Shown: positions 41,031 to 54,456 of the stretch, piece by piece
How positions within the stretch are numbered: position 1 is the stretch's first letter
Layout of the letters: each line of letters begins with the position of its first letter
Origin: Octopus sinensis
Taxonomy: Eukaryota
Reading direction: 5' to 3'
DNA length: 64,000 nucleotides
NCBI RefSeq assembly: GCF_006345805.1
Contig: NC_043016.1
Location: forward strand, 5,828,001 to 5,892,000
Translations under genes and position numbers: made by a program
The notes under the pieces: generated by a model
The model's database searches: none
Seen by the model: the letters and a program-made list of their open reading frames with translations, nothing else
Told to the model about the DNA's origin: nothing

Positions 41031-41885
41031 TATATATATATATATATATACCGACCTGGCTGTGTGGTAAGAAGCTTGCTTCCCAACTATATGGTTCCGG
41101 GTTCAGTCCAACTGCGTGGTACCTTGGGTGTTTTCTTCTATAGTGTGTATTTATGTACGTCTTTATATGTATGTTTGTCACACACACACACACATTCGCA
41201 CGTGTGTGTGTGTGTAAAATATTTTTCTTTTTTACTTTTTTTAGTCATTAGACTGCGGCCATACTGAAGCTCCACCTTGAAGAATTTTTGCGGAAGAAAT
41301 CGACCACGGTTTTCATTTATTTATTTACTGTTTAATCCTGGTACTTATTCCATCAGTCTCTTTGCCGAACCGCTAACTCGCCAAGTGGTGACGAACACAA
41401 ACATGCTTCTTACCACATAGCTACGCCTCTGTGTGTGTGTGTGTGTGTTTGTGTAGGATATGCACGTAGTACACGTCCATTGACATATATACAGGTGTGT
41501 ACAACGAGTGCTTAGATCCACTAAAACACCTTCTTGAAGTGCGAATGAAAACGAGGTGTTGAAATCGAAGGCGGCTAGAAACGGTGCCTGATTCAACGGA
41601 TATTATTAGATCAAAAAATGAAAAAATGGTCAAGCAAAACATTTATATAACACCTCTCATTCTAACTTACAATTATGGATCTAACCTCAATTATGGATCT
41701 GTACTTCTACACCGTTTTACTTCTTCGATCTTTCCGATGACAGCATACGTGGATTTGTTACACATTGATATGATCCACTTGCTCGGGTATTCCAGGAACA
41801 GCTGCAAGAGACTGCTTATCTGCCATAACCATTTCATACCTTCATTATGAAGTAAACAGCCAAATACTTTGCTTGCCTGTCTTCC

Positions 41886-42187
41886 ATTTCTATCTATCTA
41901 TCTATATCTATCTATCTATCTATATCTATCTATATCTATCTATATCTATCTATCTATATCTATCTATCTATCTATCTATCTCTATCTATCTATCTATCTA
42001 TATCTATCTATCTCTCTATCTATATCTATCTATATCTATCTATATCTATCTATCTATATCTATCTATATCTATCTATCTATATCTATCTATATCTATCTA
42101 TCTATATCTATCTATATATATCTATCTATATCTATATCTATCTATCTATCTATATCTATATCTATATCTATCTATCTATCTATCTAT
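41886..42187. repeat. (TCTA)n/(TCTATA)n microsatellite
   Basis: Direct reading. Confidence 0.95.
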
Positions 42188-42823
42188 CGTAAAAATTAAT
42201 ACAGAGAGTTGCTTATTTGCAAAAAAAAAAAAAGAAATATAACATGTGACTTCATTGACCGAGGTTACCGTGGTCTTTTCCGTAGGCTTTTCTTTCCACG
42301 GGTAAACCTCACCTGTCCTCCCCTTTACACTTCATATTGACATTTCTGTGATAACGATCCCTATTGATCAATTTTTTTTCCTCTCCCCCCTTTTTGGTCC
42401 TCTTTCTCTCTTTTTACGATCCCTTTTGATCGACCCCCCCTTTTTTATTTTATTTTATTTTTTATTTTATTATTATTATTATTATTTTTTAATTTTTTTT
42501 TTTAAACCTTCAAAAGAAAAGCTCTACCTTGTAATTTGTTCTATCTGTGTGCAGCCCTGTGTGGCTAATAAAGAAACATATCTATCTTTTTTTCCTCTTT
42601 TTTTCTTCTTTTTTTCATTTCTCTTTTCTTTTGTTCCTTTTCCTTTTTTTCTTTTTTTAATTTTACTTTTTGTTCTTTTTTTTCCTTTTTACGATCCATT
42701 TTGATCGAAAAATACGCCACCTTTTTTTTGTTTGTTTCTTTTGTTTTTTTTATCCTCCAAAAGAAAAGCTCTACCTTGTAACTTGTCCATCTGTGTGCAG
42801 CCCTGTGTGGCCAATAAAGAAAC

Positions 42824-42854
<31 letters not shown>

Positions 42855-43080
42855 TATATATATATAGGGAAAGTTTACGAAAAAACAAAAGACGAAGACA
42901 GGTGGTGTACAAAACAAACAGATGTATTAGTATATCTATATATATATATATATATATATTATATTATATTATATTAAATTAGAGATAAAACCACTATTAG
43001 GCAAATCAAACAGTGAAAAACATAAGTCAATACATAAAATAATTTTAAAATATAAAAAATTATTTAAATAATTTAAACTT

Positions 43081-43165
<85 letters not shown>

Positions 43166-43514
43166 GAGGAAAGAGAGAGAGAGAGATACACACAAGAAAT
43201 TATATTTCTGATATCTTGTAATTCGAATGGTGTGTGTGTGTTTTAACAGACAAAGCCAACTGTGAAAGAAAAGGATCTCTCTTTCTGGTCATAACAAAAG
43301 GAATTTTGGTCCCATGTGTTCTGCGACAGAAGAAGTGTGAAATCCATGTGTCTGTGAAGAAAAACACCATGGCCATGAGGGAGCATATTAAAATGAAATA
43401 TGGCGTGTGTTAAACTGTGATTTGAAAGGTGAGAAAGAAAGGGATCGGGGAAAGAAGAGGTTAAGGTTCAGTATGTTGGCATTTAGATTTATTATGCGTT
43501 TGTATATAGCATTC

Positions 43515-43855
43515 AACGACAACAGCCATGTCTACACGCACTGTTAAAATTAGCTTCGTCGTCACCACCACGACCACCACCACTGCAAGCATCATCATCA
43601 CTGCAAACAAAGTTATCACTACAATTGTCATCATCTACATCATCATTATCATCATTACCAGCATCATTGCCATGGACATCAACAACCACCGTAACCAACG
43701 AAATCACTATTGCGATCATCATCATCATCATCATCATCATCAACAGCAGCGTCGTCGCAGTCAGCAGCATCACCATCACTATAACCATCACCATCGACGG
43801 CACCGCGTTGTGAGAAGCAGCAGCACCAGCATCATTGTCATCACAACTATCACTG
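43515..43855. repeat. Degenerate (CAT/CAC/CAA)n trinucleotide tract
   Basis: Direct reading. Confidence 0.9.
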
Positions 43856-43949
43856 AACAGGCAACGGATTCCCTATACAATTGCTCGCTTCCCGTGTACA
43901 TTGGTTTCGGGTTCAATCCCACTGCGTGGTGCCTGGGTTAAATACAGAC

Positions 43950-44046
43950 ATATGTACGTATGTACGTGTGTATGTATGTATGTATGTATGTGTTTATGTT
44001 TGTATGTATGTATGTATGTATGCATGTATGCATGTATGTATGTATG

Positions 44047-44077
<31 letters not shown>

Positions 44078-44540
44078 GTATGTATGTATGTATGTATGTA
44101 TGTATGTATGTATGTATGTACGTATGTACGTGTGTATGTATGTATGTTTGAATGTATGTATGTATGTATGTGTGTATGTATGTACGTATGTACGTGTGTA
44201 TGTGTGTATGTACGTATGTATGTGTTTATGTTTGTATGTATGTATGTATGTATGTGTGTGTGTATGTATGTATGTATGTATGTATGTATGTATGTATGTT
44301 TGAATGTATGTGTGTATGTATATGTGTATGTGTGTATGTATATGTGTATGTGTGTATATGTATGTGTGTATGTTTGAATATATGTGTGTATGTGTACGTA
44401 TGTATGTATGCATGTGTGTATGTGTACGTATGTATGTATGCATGTATGTATGTATGTATATATGTATGTATGTGTGTATGTATGTATGTATGTGTGTGTG
44501 TATGTATGTATGTGTGTGTGTATGTGTGTGTGTATGTATG
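43950..44540. repeat. (GTAT)n/(GT)n microsatellite
   Basis: Direct reading. Confidence 0.95.
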
Positions 44541-44908
44541 TATTTCAGGTAGCCACGAAATAATCAAAGTTTTGTGAATGGATCTACAAGACAGAAACTG
44601 AAAGAAGCCCGTCATATATACGCGCGCGCGCGCGCGTGTGTGTGTGTGATTCATTGCCATTATTCTGCAAGAAGTCTGGCCATGAGGAAATATTACGTTA
44701 CTGGAAAACAAGTGAAAGTTGGTGATAGAAAGGGCATCCGACCATGGAAAAATTTGCCTTAATAAACTCCATCCAACTCTGTAACAAGCCTGGGAAAATG
44801 AACGATAGATCGATGATATACAAAAACACATTTAAACGTATGTACGTATGTGTGCGCGCGTATGTATGCATTCATGTATGTACGTATGAAATGTATGTAT
44901 ATGTAATG

Positions 44909-45002
<94 letters not shown>

Positions 45003-47033
45003 ATGCATGTATGCATATGTCTATGTATCTATGTTATAATGGAGAAAGCTGTTTATTAATTAGGTATGTAACAATTACTAAGAGTACCAAAAGAAAGCAA
45101 TTATTAAATGGTTGACTGTCTGTAAATATTTTTCTAAATTCATGTTCTAAGAAATTTCCTATAATTTCAATTTCTGAAGTTTATTGAATTTTCTTTTTTT
45201 AACTCCAAATTCTCGCAAATCTAAATATTCATTGCATTCCCTGTGGAGTAGCTTTTAATGTTTAATAATAAACACTAATTCGTTGCAGGCAACATTTTAC
45301 GTTTTTATTTGCAGTCTCATTCTCTCTCGCCTCTGTTTTCACTAATGATAATTAAGTAATAGCTGTATAACTTTGATACGGGACACAATTTCAAGAATAT
45401 TATCAGTTTCCATTGTTAAATGAATATTTTTGATAAAATGAAAATTCTTTAATATACGGGTATAATTTTATTTATTTTTCTTTTTTTAATGAAGGAGTGA
45501 TTTTGTTGGTATGGCTACTTGGAACGCTATAAGCCTCCCAGTAATAACCACTTGATCGCTGCTATTTCTAGCACGCTAGGATCTAGTTTTTTTTTCATTC
45601 GCAAAATATGCATTTTTTAAAAGGAAGTAAAAAATCTGAAAATCGGTTATAATAAGGTAGGTATGATGTTGTGGAGAAAAAAGTTACAGAGGTTTTAAAA
45701 ATCGAAAAAACTGGGTATTTTTAGCCAATAGCAAGACAGAAATTTTCTGCGTTTAACGGAGCGGTGTCAATTTTAAGGTTGTAACCTGTGAAATTTATAG
45801 TTTAGCATCTGACCTCTTCATTGTAGGTTTCTAAATAAACAGAAATAACTAATAAAATCAACATGTGTCATCTTACTTTTTCATTGATTGTATATTTTTA
45901 TCATTTAAAAAAAATTTGTTGTATTAATATATTTGTCTGTATGGGTTTACTTAATGCGTATCATGTATACCTGCCATGTATTTATGTACACCATTAATAT
46001 ATAAGTGCATGTGTGTGTGTCTATGTGTGAAAAGTGGACATTTGTCTCCCAAACTACAAAGTTGAGTAACGTTTTCATGCTTGGATTTGTAAACTACGAT
46101 AAAAAGTAACACTGGTCAACAAAGAATTTGTCCCAAGGAAAAAGAATACCTGTATCTAATATGTTTTTGCATGCAGAATTCAAAAATAACGTCAAATTAT
46201 CTGTATCACCCACAGTTTCTATGTTCCACGATGTCCCTTTCAGTTCCTATTAAGTGTGCTAAGTTTCAGTTAAGCTGTTGAAATGGAAACTAACGGTTTA
46301 AGAAATACTCCTAATTCATATTTTTATGAATAAAATTAACCTAGTGAAATCATAAATCCTGCTACCTGAATCAATGAGCTCCCAAAAAATATGAAATGAA
46401 AAATGTGTAAAAATACTAAGTGTGAAAAATCAACATAAACATCGGCACAGCATACGGGTGAAGCAGAACACAGCATGTGGTTGTTATGGTAACAAACTGC
46501 TAATGCCACGCTGTCTGTTGATTGGTTAAAATAACCCAAATTTCCCAACTTTAATTCCAAATAACAACAGATTCTTTAATCTACAAGATAAAGTAATTGG
46601 TTGGTCGTAATTAAAATTCGGAGTTGCATCGATACTCCAAAATTAAAAGCAATCTGAGCAAAATTAGGGGGGAGGGACTCATTCTGCAAATGAGAAAGAC
46701 TAGATCCGCACGATCAACAAGATAATTTTTAACGAGCTTTCACTTATACGATTTTTTATTTATTTCATATTTACACAAAATAGCTGTATAACTTTTATAC
46801 GAGGCACAATTTCAAGAAAATTATCAGTTTCCCGAGTTTGTTGAATGAATATTTTTGATAAGATGAAAATTCTTTAATATAACGGCATTTTTTTTTTTTT
46901 TTTGATGAAGAAGTGATTTGTTGGTATTGTTACTTGGGACGCTATAAGCCTTATAATAATAACTAGGTGATCGTTGCTATTTCTAGCATGCTAAACAAGA
47001 CAGTTTCTAACGAGCTTTCATTTATATATAATA

Positions 47034-47806
47034 CAAGCAGCATAGCCCAGCGTTGCCCGGGTATGTAAGAACCCCTAGTAGGCCACGACTAATCCCAATC
47101 TAGTCCTTTCCCTCTAGGGAACGAAGGCGCATGTGTAGGTTGCAATGTCTTCTCTTCACTCCCAAATAACTATCAAACAGCTATCGATAATTCAACCGAA
47201 CCAATTGCATCCCCTAGACAGTCTGTGGTTTGTGTTTAATACACAAATCGGTTTGCTATGTGTGCCACATATGATTTAATTAACCGATTTTTTCCAGTAA
47301 TAAAGTATCATATTGAAATAAAAAGGGCCATATAGCTCCTTGGACCAGACTAGATGCTCGCTCTAAATTTAAAAAAAAATTCCTGCCAATTTGTGAAAGA
47401 TATTGTCGAAAATATGTCATCTTGAATTTGAACGCGATTTCCCAAAATAGCATGATTTTATCGATTTTGTCTGATGGTAAGGTATTGCATGGAAAACTAA
47501 CGTCAGAATTAAGTCTCTTAGGGTAACATTAAGCTTCACCATGAGTTTGGTGAAAATCGATTGCAAGTTGCGAAAACTACAACAGAAAATGTGTTGCATA
47601 TAAAAAGCTTAGATTCTCGACCCCATGTGGAATTTATCGGTTTTTTCAGAACTGGGGGAACTTTTCAAAATTTTCGCTGCGTTAGTTTTGAATTATGACA
47701 TGGGCTATGTGTGAGTCAAGTTTCATCAGAATCGGTTGAAAGTCAGGGTCAGGGTACAACCTGACAGACACACAGACAGACAAACTGCCGTTTATATAGA
47801 GAGAGA
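47034..47806 (-). mobile_element. Non-autonomous Helitron-like element
   Basis: Minus 5' ATCTCTC; 3' hairpin cccgggcaacgctggg followed by CTTG|T. Confidence 0.65.
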
Positions 47807-47814
47807 TGTGACTG

Positions 47815-48790
47815 AAAAAAAAAATTTAGCAGCCAAGGCACAACAGCAGAGAGAAAGATGGCCAACTGAATCAGAGGAAACCAGGGCAAAGCAACTGGAT
47901 ATGCACGGAGACGTGGATATGATTCTGTTTCCGCTACACATGACCGACTGGTTCGGGTATCACGAGAGGAGAATATTCTACTTCAAAATAATGGTGTCAG
48001 ATCATAAATTGTTGATGCAACGCTAAAGAGATCTTTTCTTTGCGATCATGTAGAAAGTAGTGGAGTTGACAACCAATCAAAGACTTCTTACAGAAGATCG
48101 TTCTGATGAAAGAGAGTTTACTAATTAGTTTCTTGATGTAGGAAACGGTAACATTTTCGTTGAACAAAGCCTAGGTGAATTCAAAATCAAACTATCCATG
48201 AAAATGGTACTCTTTCAGATCTATGTGGTTTTGTATAGACTGGCCTCAAAAATAACTTCACAAACCCTGTGTGGTTTGCAAATAGAACCAGCGTTACTCC
48301 ACCAAATGAAGCAGCACAATTTGTGAATGATTTTCTATTGACCAGGATCCCTGGTGAGCTAAAAATATACAGAAGCTCAGATACAGTTGATAATGAAACT
48401 CTGTACCCAATCGAGTTCATCAACAAATTTACACCATCAGGGTTTCCATCAAACATTCTCAAACTGAAGAAAAAAACGATGCATAATGCTTCTGAGAAGT
48501 TTAGATGCTACTAATGGACATTGCAATGGCACACAGTACATCATCGTCAGTTTACATGATCACGATACTGAGGCTCAGGCTGCTTCTGGTCCTTATGCAG
48601 GATCAACTCTGCTAATCCCAAGAATACCACATGTATCACAAAAAATGGAATTTACATTTACACACAAAAAATTTCCTGCCAAGTCAGCTTTTGCCTTGAC
48701 GTGGAACAAGGCACAGGGACAGACTTTTGAACAAATTGGAATATATCTTCCGACACAATTCTTCTCACATGGTCAGCTAATGTAAAAATA
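47815..48790 (+). mobile_element. Helitron Rep/helicase remnant (PIF1 C-terminal part)
   Basis: LYPIEFINKFTPSGFP..LKLK, MLLRSLD...HCNGT, LLIPRI, FP...AFALT.NKAQGQT...IGIYLP..FFSHGQL. Confidence 0.85.
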
Positions 48791-49765
48791 TTGGCTGAGA
48801 GAAATGGAAACAGTACTACTTTAAAGCAAAATATGCTTTTTAGCAGGTTTCAGTAAATAGAATTGACACATAAATTCTATGTAAAGTAACTTATATTTGT
48901 GTGGAATTAAATTGTTTCGGCATATTTCAACACATGCCGAATGAAGGATATCCTTATATTAGATCATTTTAAATTTGGGTATATTTGAAAAAGTAAGGAA
49001 ACGCCATTCCCATGTGTTCTCACAGCACCAGACTTTTATGTGTGTGTGTGTGTGAGTGTCCATCCACACATCTATCTATCTATGCACACCAATGTAAGTT
49101 CTACCAATTATTAATGATAAATATGTATAACAGATTGACTCTTTAAAAAAGATAGATTATGACTGATAAAAATAATGAAAGCAATGTCTATTAAGTAAGT
49201 GAGCACTATTATACAAAGAAATAACTGGACGTAAAATATCATAAAATGATTAGAATTAGGAATCAAATGTGGAAATATTATCGAGTGACCAGCAGAAAAC
49301 CGCCCGGGAGGCAGCCTTCCCGCTAGTGTATGTAATGTATGTGTATCTATGCATGCTTGCATGTATGTCTACTATATAAATGCGAATACATGTTATGTAT
49401 ATGTGTTTAGTCCCAAAAGGCTCTGAAATGTTAAGTCCTCGAGAAAAGCAAATTTGATTTTAGAATTCTGAGTCCCACAGACAATGGCATTTGTAAATTA
49501 AAAAAAAAGAAAGAATTTGTCACGAGAAATAACTCAACTTTTAGATCGACAAATTTCCCACTCTCAATCTATTATCATCAAACTATCTCTCTCTGTTTAT
49601 TTACCATACCCACTGATACTATCTTTGTGTACGTATTAACTCTCACATATTGCTTTCATTTTGTTTAACACCTAGTCTTCTAACGTTTATTTTCCTTTTA
49701 TCACAGCTACCACGTACAAAAATTTTGTTTCCTGATTGGGTAAAAGTATTCAAACTTTACACCTA

Positions 49766-51560
49766 TGATTGATTGATTGATTCTAGTTTCAGCTTATGAG
49801 CTGTGGCCATGCTGGGGCACCGCCATTTGGTGTTGCTACTTGGTTTCACTTCATGGAGGCTTTCTAGCAACTGCTATTTGGTGCATGAGAGAGTTCGATG
49901 CAGCTGCCCTCATCTGCCCCTCCTGCCGTGAAGTTGGTTCATCTGGGACACCTGACAGGAAGAGATCCAGCTCCATTTTAAAGACATCTGTATCCACCCC
50001 ATGCAGGTCTCTCAGGTTCATCGGGAGGATATTGAAGAGCTGTGGGCCTCGGAAGCCCAGGCTATCACAGAATCTTGTCCTACATCTTGATGGCAAGTTT
50101 GGAGTCCTAGGCACCACGCAGTGGCGCCCAGTTCTGGCATTTGCGTAACTCTCGATGCCAAAGTTCAGGACACTTCCCTCCAGGATCTTCCAGATGTATA
50201 TTATGGCATATCTTTCCCGCCTATGCTCCAGGGAATATAATTTTAATCTCTTGAGTCTTTCCCAGTAGCTTACATTCTGCATAGAGGCTATCTTCTTCGT
50301 GTAGCTTCGTTGGATCGCCTCAAGTTCTGTGATCAACTTGACACTGGATGGTGACCATAGCTGAGAGCAATAGTCAAAGTGGCTTAGGACAAGTGTCTTC
50401 CAGAGGACCATCATGGTTTCTTGTTCTCTTGTTCTAAAGGTTCTAAGAATCCATCCAGCCAGCCGTCTGCATTTCATTGTCAGTTTAGCAACATGTGCAT
50501 GAAAGGTCGCGTCATCACTCATGTGAATACCCAGGTCACGCACTGATTGTGCCTCTGGGATTGCAATCCCTCCGGGTCCAGTGTATTCCTTGGGTATTGC
50601 ATTCAGTTTTGCATGCTGAGAGTATAAAGCTTGAAACTTTTCAGCATTGAACTGCATGCTATTCTTTTCAGCCCACTTGTATATTTCGTCCAGCTCATAT
50701 TGCAGGTGCTTAGTGTCTTCAGGGTTCTGTATTGCCTGTGAAACTTTTGTATCATCTGCATAACTTGTGATCGTGGCTCTCCGCGTGGCTGAGGGCATGT
50801 CTGAGAGGGCCATTATGAACAGTAGTGGTCCCAAAACAGTGCCCTGTGGAACACCGCTCACTATTTGCGTGCTAATGGAAGTGGCCCCATTGGCTACTAC
50901 CACCTGACTTCTATTCTTCAGAAAGTCGTGAAGCCATTCTCCTAGTTTTCCAACTATGCCAAGATCACGCAGTTTGTGACATATCATTCCATGATCAACT
51001 TTATCGAAGGCCTTTGCGAAGTCGAGATATATGACTTCCACATTTGAGTGGTTGAGCAGTTGTTTCAGCACCCAGTCATAGTGCTGCAGGAGCTGAGTTA
51101 AGCAGCTTCTTCCTGGTCGGAAACCATGTTGGGTGTCAGGCAGCAAGTTATTTTCTTCAAGGAAGGTGATTAGTTTCCTTCTGACTATTCGTTCCATGAC
51201 CTTGCTGATGTGTGAGGTCAGAGAGATAGGTCTGTAGTTCTTGGCCTCCGCTCTGCTACCTCCTTTATGAATAGGGCATATTTTACCTTCCTTCAGTTTT
51301 CTTGGAAGTTTGCCAGCTGCAAGGAAGTTCTGAAAGAGGAACTGCAGTGGTCTTGCTAAGACTCTCTTACATACTTTTAGGAGGATTGCCGGGAATCCAT
51401 CGGGGCCAATAGCTGAGTCTGTTTTCATTTCATCTATAGCCTTTATTACATCGTCTTCCTTTATATCGATGTAATTTATCGTCACCGCCTCTGATTCTAT
51501 ATCTGCAGTGGTAAAGAAGTCAGTTGGATTGCTGATTTGTAACATTTCACCAACATTTTC
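49766..51560 (-). mobile_element. 5'-truncated CR1/L2-group LINE with an uninterrupted RT ORF
   Basis: ORF 49851..51641 contains GPDG, YRPISLTS, QHGFR, VIYLDFAKAFDKV, SGVPQGTVLGPLLF, YADD and RDLGI. 3' UTR ends ggcggtgccccagcatggccacagc...gaaactaga(atca)n. No endonuclease domain. Confidence 0.9.
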
Positions 51561-51585
51561 CTGGAATAAATGAATTACAAACTCG

Positions 51586-52019
51586 GGATCTTTTCGGTTT
51601 GAACGGCAGTTTTTTAAAATGATTTCCACGTAACTAAACACTTTTAAACTTCGTATACTAGTAGAATGTGTTTATAAAACATCTTTTTCTCTTGGCTTTA
51701 TTGAGAAAATTCTATAGTTTATAAGATATTTCTCGTTTTTCTTTTCTTCAATTTCTGCAATTTCAACCAATCAGCGACGTCTATTGAGCTAAAAAGCATT
51801 CTGTGCCGTATGAATATGTCCCTCGTTTAAGAAACAGATTGGGCTTATTTACATTTGTGAAGAAAAAAAAAGATACCCTTCCCCCACCCCCACCCATAAC
51901 CCTAATCCTAAAAGAGACTGAAATGCAATAGATCGCTACTAGGGTCATAATTATGGGTGACAATTTCATTATGGGTGACAATTTCATAGAAAAAACTGCC
52001 GTTCAAACCAAAAAGATCC
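51586..52019 (-). mobile_element. GGATC MITE copy 4, no TSD
   Basis: Same TIRs; internal duplication of attatgggtgacaatttc; flanks caaactcg / aggatgga do not match. Confidence 0.9.
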
Positions 52020-53823
52020 AGGATGGATAACAGTGATTTTAAAAAGGTATATAAAAGATAATTTACTTTAACAGCATACTTTTCTGTTAGTAAATGTTTT
52101 CCTTTATACACAAACAATCACACATGGACTCGCTTGATGCGGGGTGGGGATTAAAGATTTAAACAAATTTTTTTTTAGGTGTTCTTGCTTATATCTAACA
52201 ATGCACACTGCATCATCGCTCCATAAAATGTGTTTATGGGAAGAAATATTTTGTAAAACATCAATAAATGTCAGACTGACAGAAACGAGGAAGGTACCAA
52301 GTGGTCGTGGGATGCACTAAAAATAACAGTTAAATCGCCCTTAAATCACCTTCTCGTCTGAAAATTATTTTGAAATTATAAACAGAAACAAACTGGTAAA
52401 TTTGGACTATTCATATTTTAAAACTGTGATTTTAAAAAATTTCTCAAAAATGCTGAAAGTTTAGGATTTAGGAAGGGTAATGAGAAAATTGAAAAGTTTA
52501 ATTTCCTGTTTGAAAATAAAAGAAGTAGGGACTAAAATGATCATCAATTTCCAAATTTTTTTTTAACCTTCATTTTAAGTGTGCAGTGCAAAAAAATTAT
52601 AGGCCAGAATCAAAAGCAAGAGAGAGGTTTCATAAGTTTTCAAAATTTTCAAAGTCTTTTTTCATCAAGAAGTGCATAGGGCAAAGAAAAAAAATTTGGA
52701 TGAAATCAGTCTGGAAGGAGGGGGGAGGGGGGGGGGCATAAATTTTCAAAACATTTTTTTTCATAAAAACCTTGTTCCCATCATTTGCAAAGGTGTGGTG
52801 AGAAACAAATTTGAAAAATCCCCAAAATTCTGCCAAGGTCAATTTTGCCTTTCATTCTTTCGGGGTCAATAAATTAAGTACCAGTTTGATATTGGGGTTG
52901 ATTTAATTGACTGTCCCTCCCCACCCCCAAAATTTCGGGCCTTGTGCCTAGAGTAGGAAAGAACATGTGTAGAGATGAATGGGGACAGGCTTTCTGTCTT
53001 GGAGGATAGAGTTTACAAGATTATAAAAGATAGTGAGTGGTGGGGAGAGGGTGAAGGAAGAAATATAATGAATGAAGAACAAGTATTTGAATGGATGATA
53101 AACACGGGGGAAGTAGGTGGCAACTGTAGAGATTGGATCAGGTTTGAGGGGTGGGTGTAGTGAATGGTGGAAAAAAATATCATCTGCAGCATCGTCTACT
53201 ATGTTTTCCATGGGTTGCATGATTTGATAGGATGATCCACAGGACTGTATTGAGCTCCAATGTCTGTTTTGGCAATCACTTTACAGAGTGTACGGGGTGA
53301 TTGTTTTTTTTTTTGGTTTTTTTTTGGATTTTTTGTGCCTCTGGCACTAGTGAGATCATCGAGTAACTTGTAAGATGAGAGAAGGAAGAATCCACCTTGA
53401 GTGAGTGGAGGATGCAGTATTTGAGAAAGGGCAATGTGGCATTTTATCGGGTATTGAGAGACTAGGGTATGATAAAGAGACAAGCCCAGGTGTGTTGTTG
53501 TGGAAGAGATAAACAGCTACCTCGTATTATACAAGTACAGGTGTAGGTGGAGAAAAGGTGGAAATGCTGGCGGTGGGATGCCAGAGCATCTCAAGATATA
53601 GGAAACTGAGTATAAAAGAGGATACAGACAGTGGATCGGGTGAAGAGAAAGCGGGTGGGGTAATTTAATGAGCATGTCAGAGGAGAGTATCAGCTGGGGG
53701 TGGAGGTGAATGTAGTGAGAGATGGAAAAAAGGTGGAGGTGCAGCTGACGAAATGCAGGTAAACAAGCTGAGAATGTATAAAATATATGATTAAATAAAT
53801 GAGGTAAATATTCTTTCACTGAC

Positions 53824-53960
53824 CTGTGGTGATATTTTCTTATTCTCTTTATCCTCTTCATCCATTTCAAAGTAAAGATCAGTTTTTGTAATTGACATTG
53901 TCCCAGCGACAGCTAGTCCCAAAGAGATCAGCTTACATGATGTTGACAAGGCCACTGGAC
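53824..53960 (-). CDS. NBEA: Neurobeachin/LRBA internal exon, start of the BEACH-type PH domain
   Basis: gtttttttag acceptor and CAG|gtcagt donor; 137 nt. Translates (G)PVALSTSCKLISLGLAVAGTMSITKTDLYFEMDEEDKENKKISPQ versus NBEA [37 protein letters not shown]...KKID. Confidence 0.93.
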
Positions 53961-54002
53961 CTAAAAAAACAAACAAAAACAGTAAGGTGTAGAATCATTC
54001 TG

Positions 54003-54456
54003 GGATCTTTTCGCTTTGACCGGCAGATTTTTTAAATAATTTCCATGTAACTAAACACTTTTAAACTTCGTATACTGGTAGAATGTGTTTATAAAACATC
54101 TTTTCTCTTGGCTTTATTGAAAAAATTCTATAGTTTGTAAGATATTTGTTGTTTTTCTTTTCTTCAATTTCAGCAATTTCAACCAATCAATGACGTCTAT
54201 TGAGCTAAAAAGCATTCTCTGCCGTAAAAATTTTCTGGCGGTGTCATATGAAAATGTCCCTCATTTAAGAAACAGATTGGGTTTATTTACATTTCTGAAG
54301 AGAAAAGCTACCCTTCCCCCCAACCCTAACCCTAACTCTAACCCTAAAACAGATTGAAATGCAATAGATCGATACTAGGGTCATAATTATGGGTGGCATT
54401 TTCATGACACCGCCAGAAATTATTTTAAAATTCTGCTGGTCAAAGCAAAAAGATCC
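54003..54456 (-). mobile_element. GGATC MITE copy 5 (variant subfamily) in an NBEA intron
   Basis: TIR ggatcttttcgctttgaccggcag / ctgctggtcaaagcaaaaagatcc; flanks tcattctg / tcatttta (6/8). Confidence 0.88.

Noticed and set aside
43249-43415. Unique segment tested as the next NBEA exon or a plus-strand exon
   Set aside because: No frame resembles the expected PH-domain peptide or any protein I recognise.
43528-43941. His/Gln/Thr-rich ORFs
   Set aside because: Degenerate (CAT)n tract open in several frames, with no splice context or homology.
51561-51641. N-terminus of the 596-aa ORF
   Set aside because: Chance read-through from the MITE and flanking DNA into the truncated LINE RT; not a real start.
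54315-54350. (CCCTAA)n as a telomere or interstitial telomere
   Set aside because: Only 2-4 units, and an internal part of the GGATC MITE in every copy.
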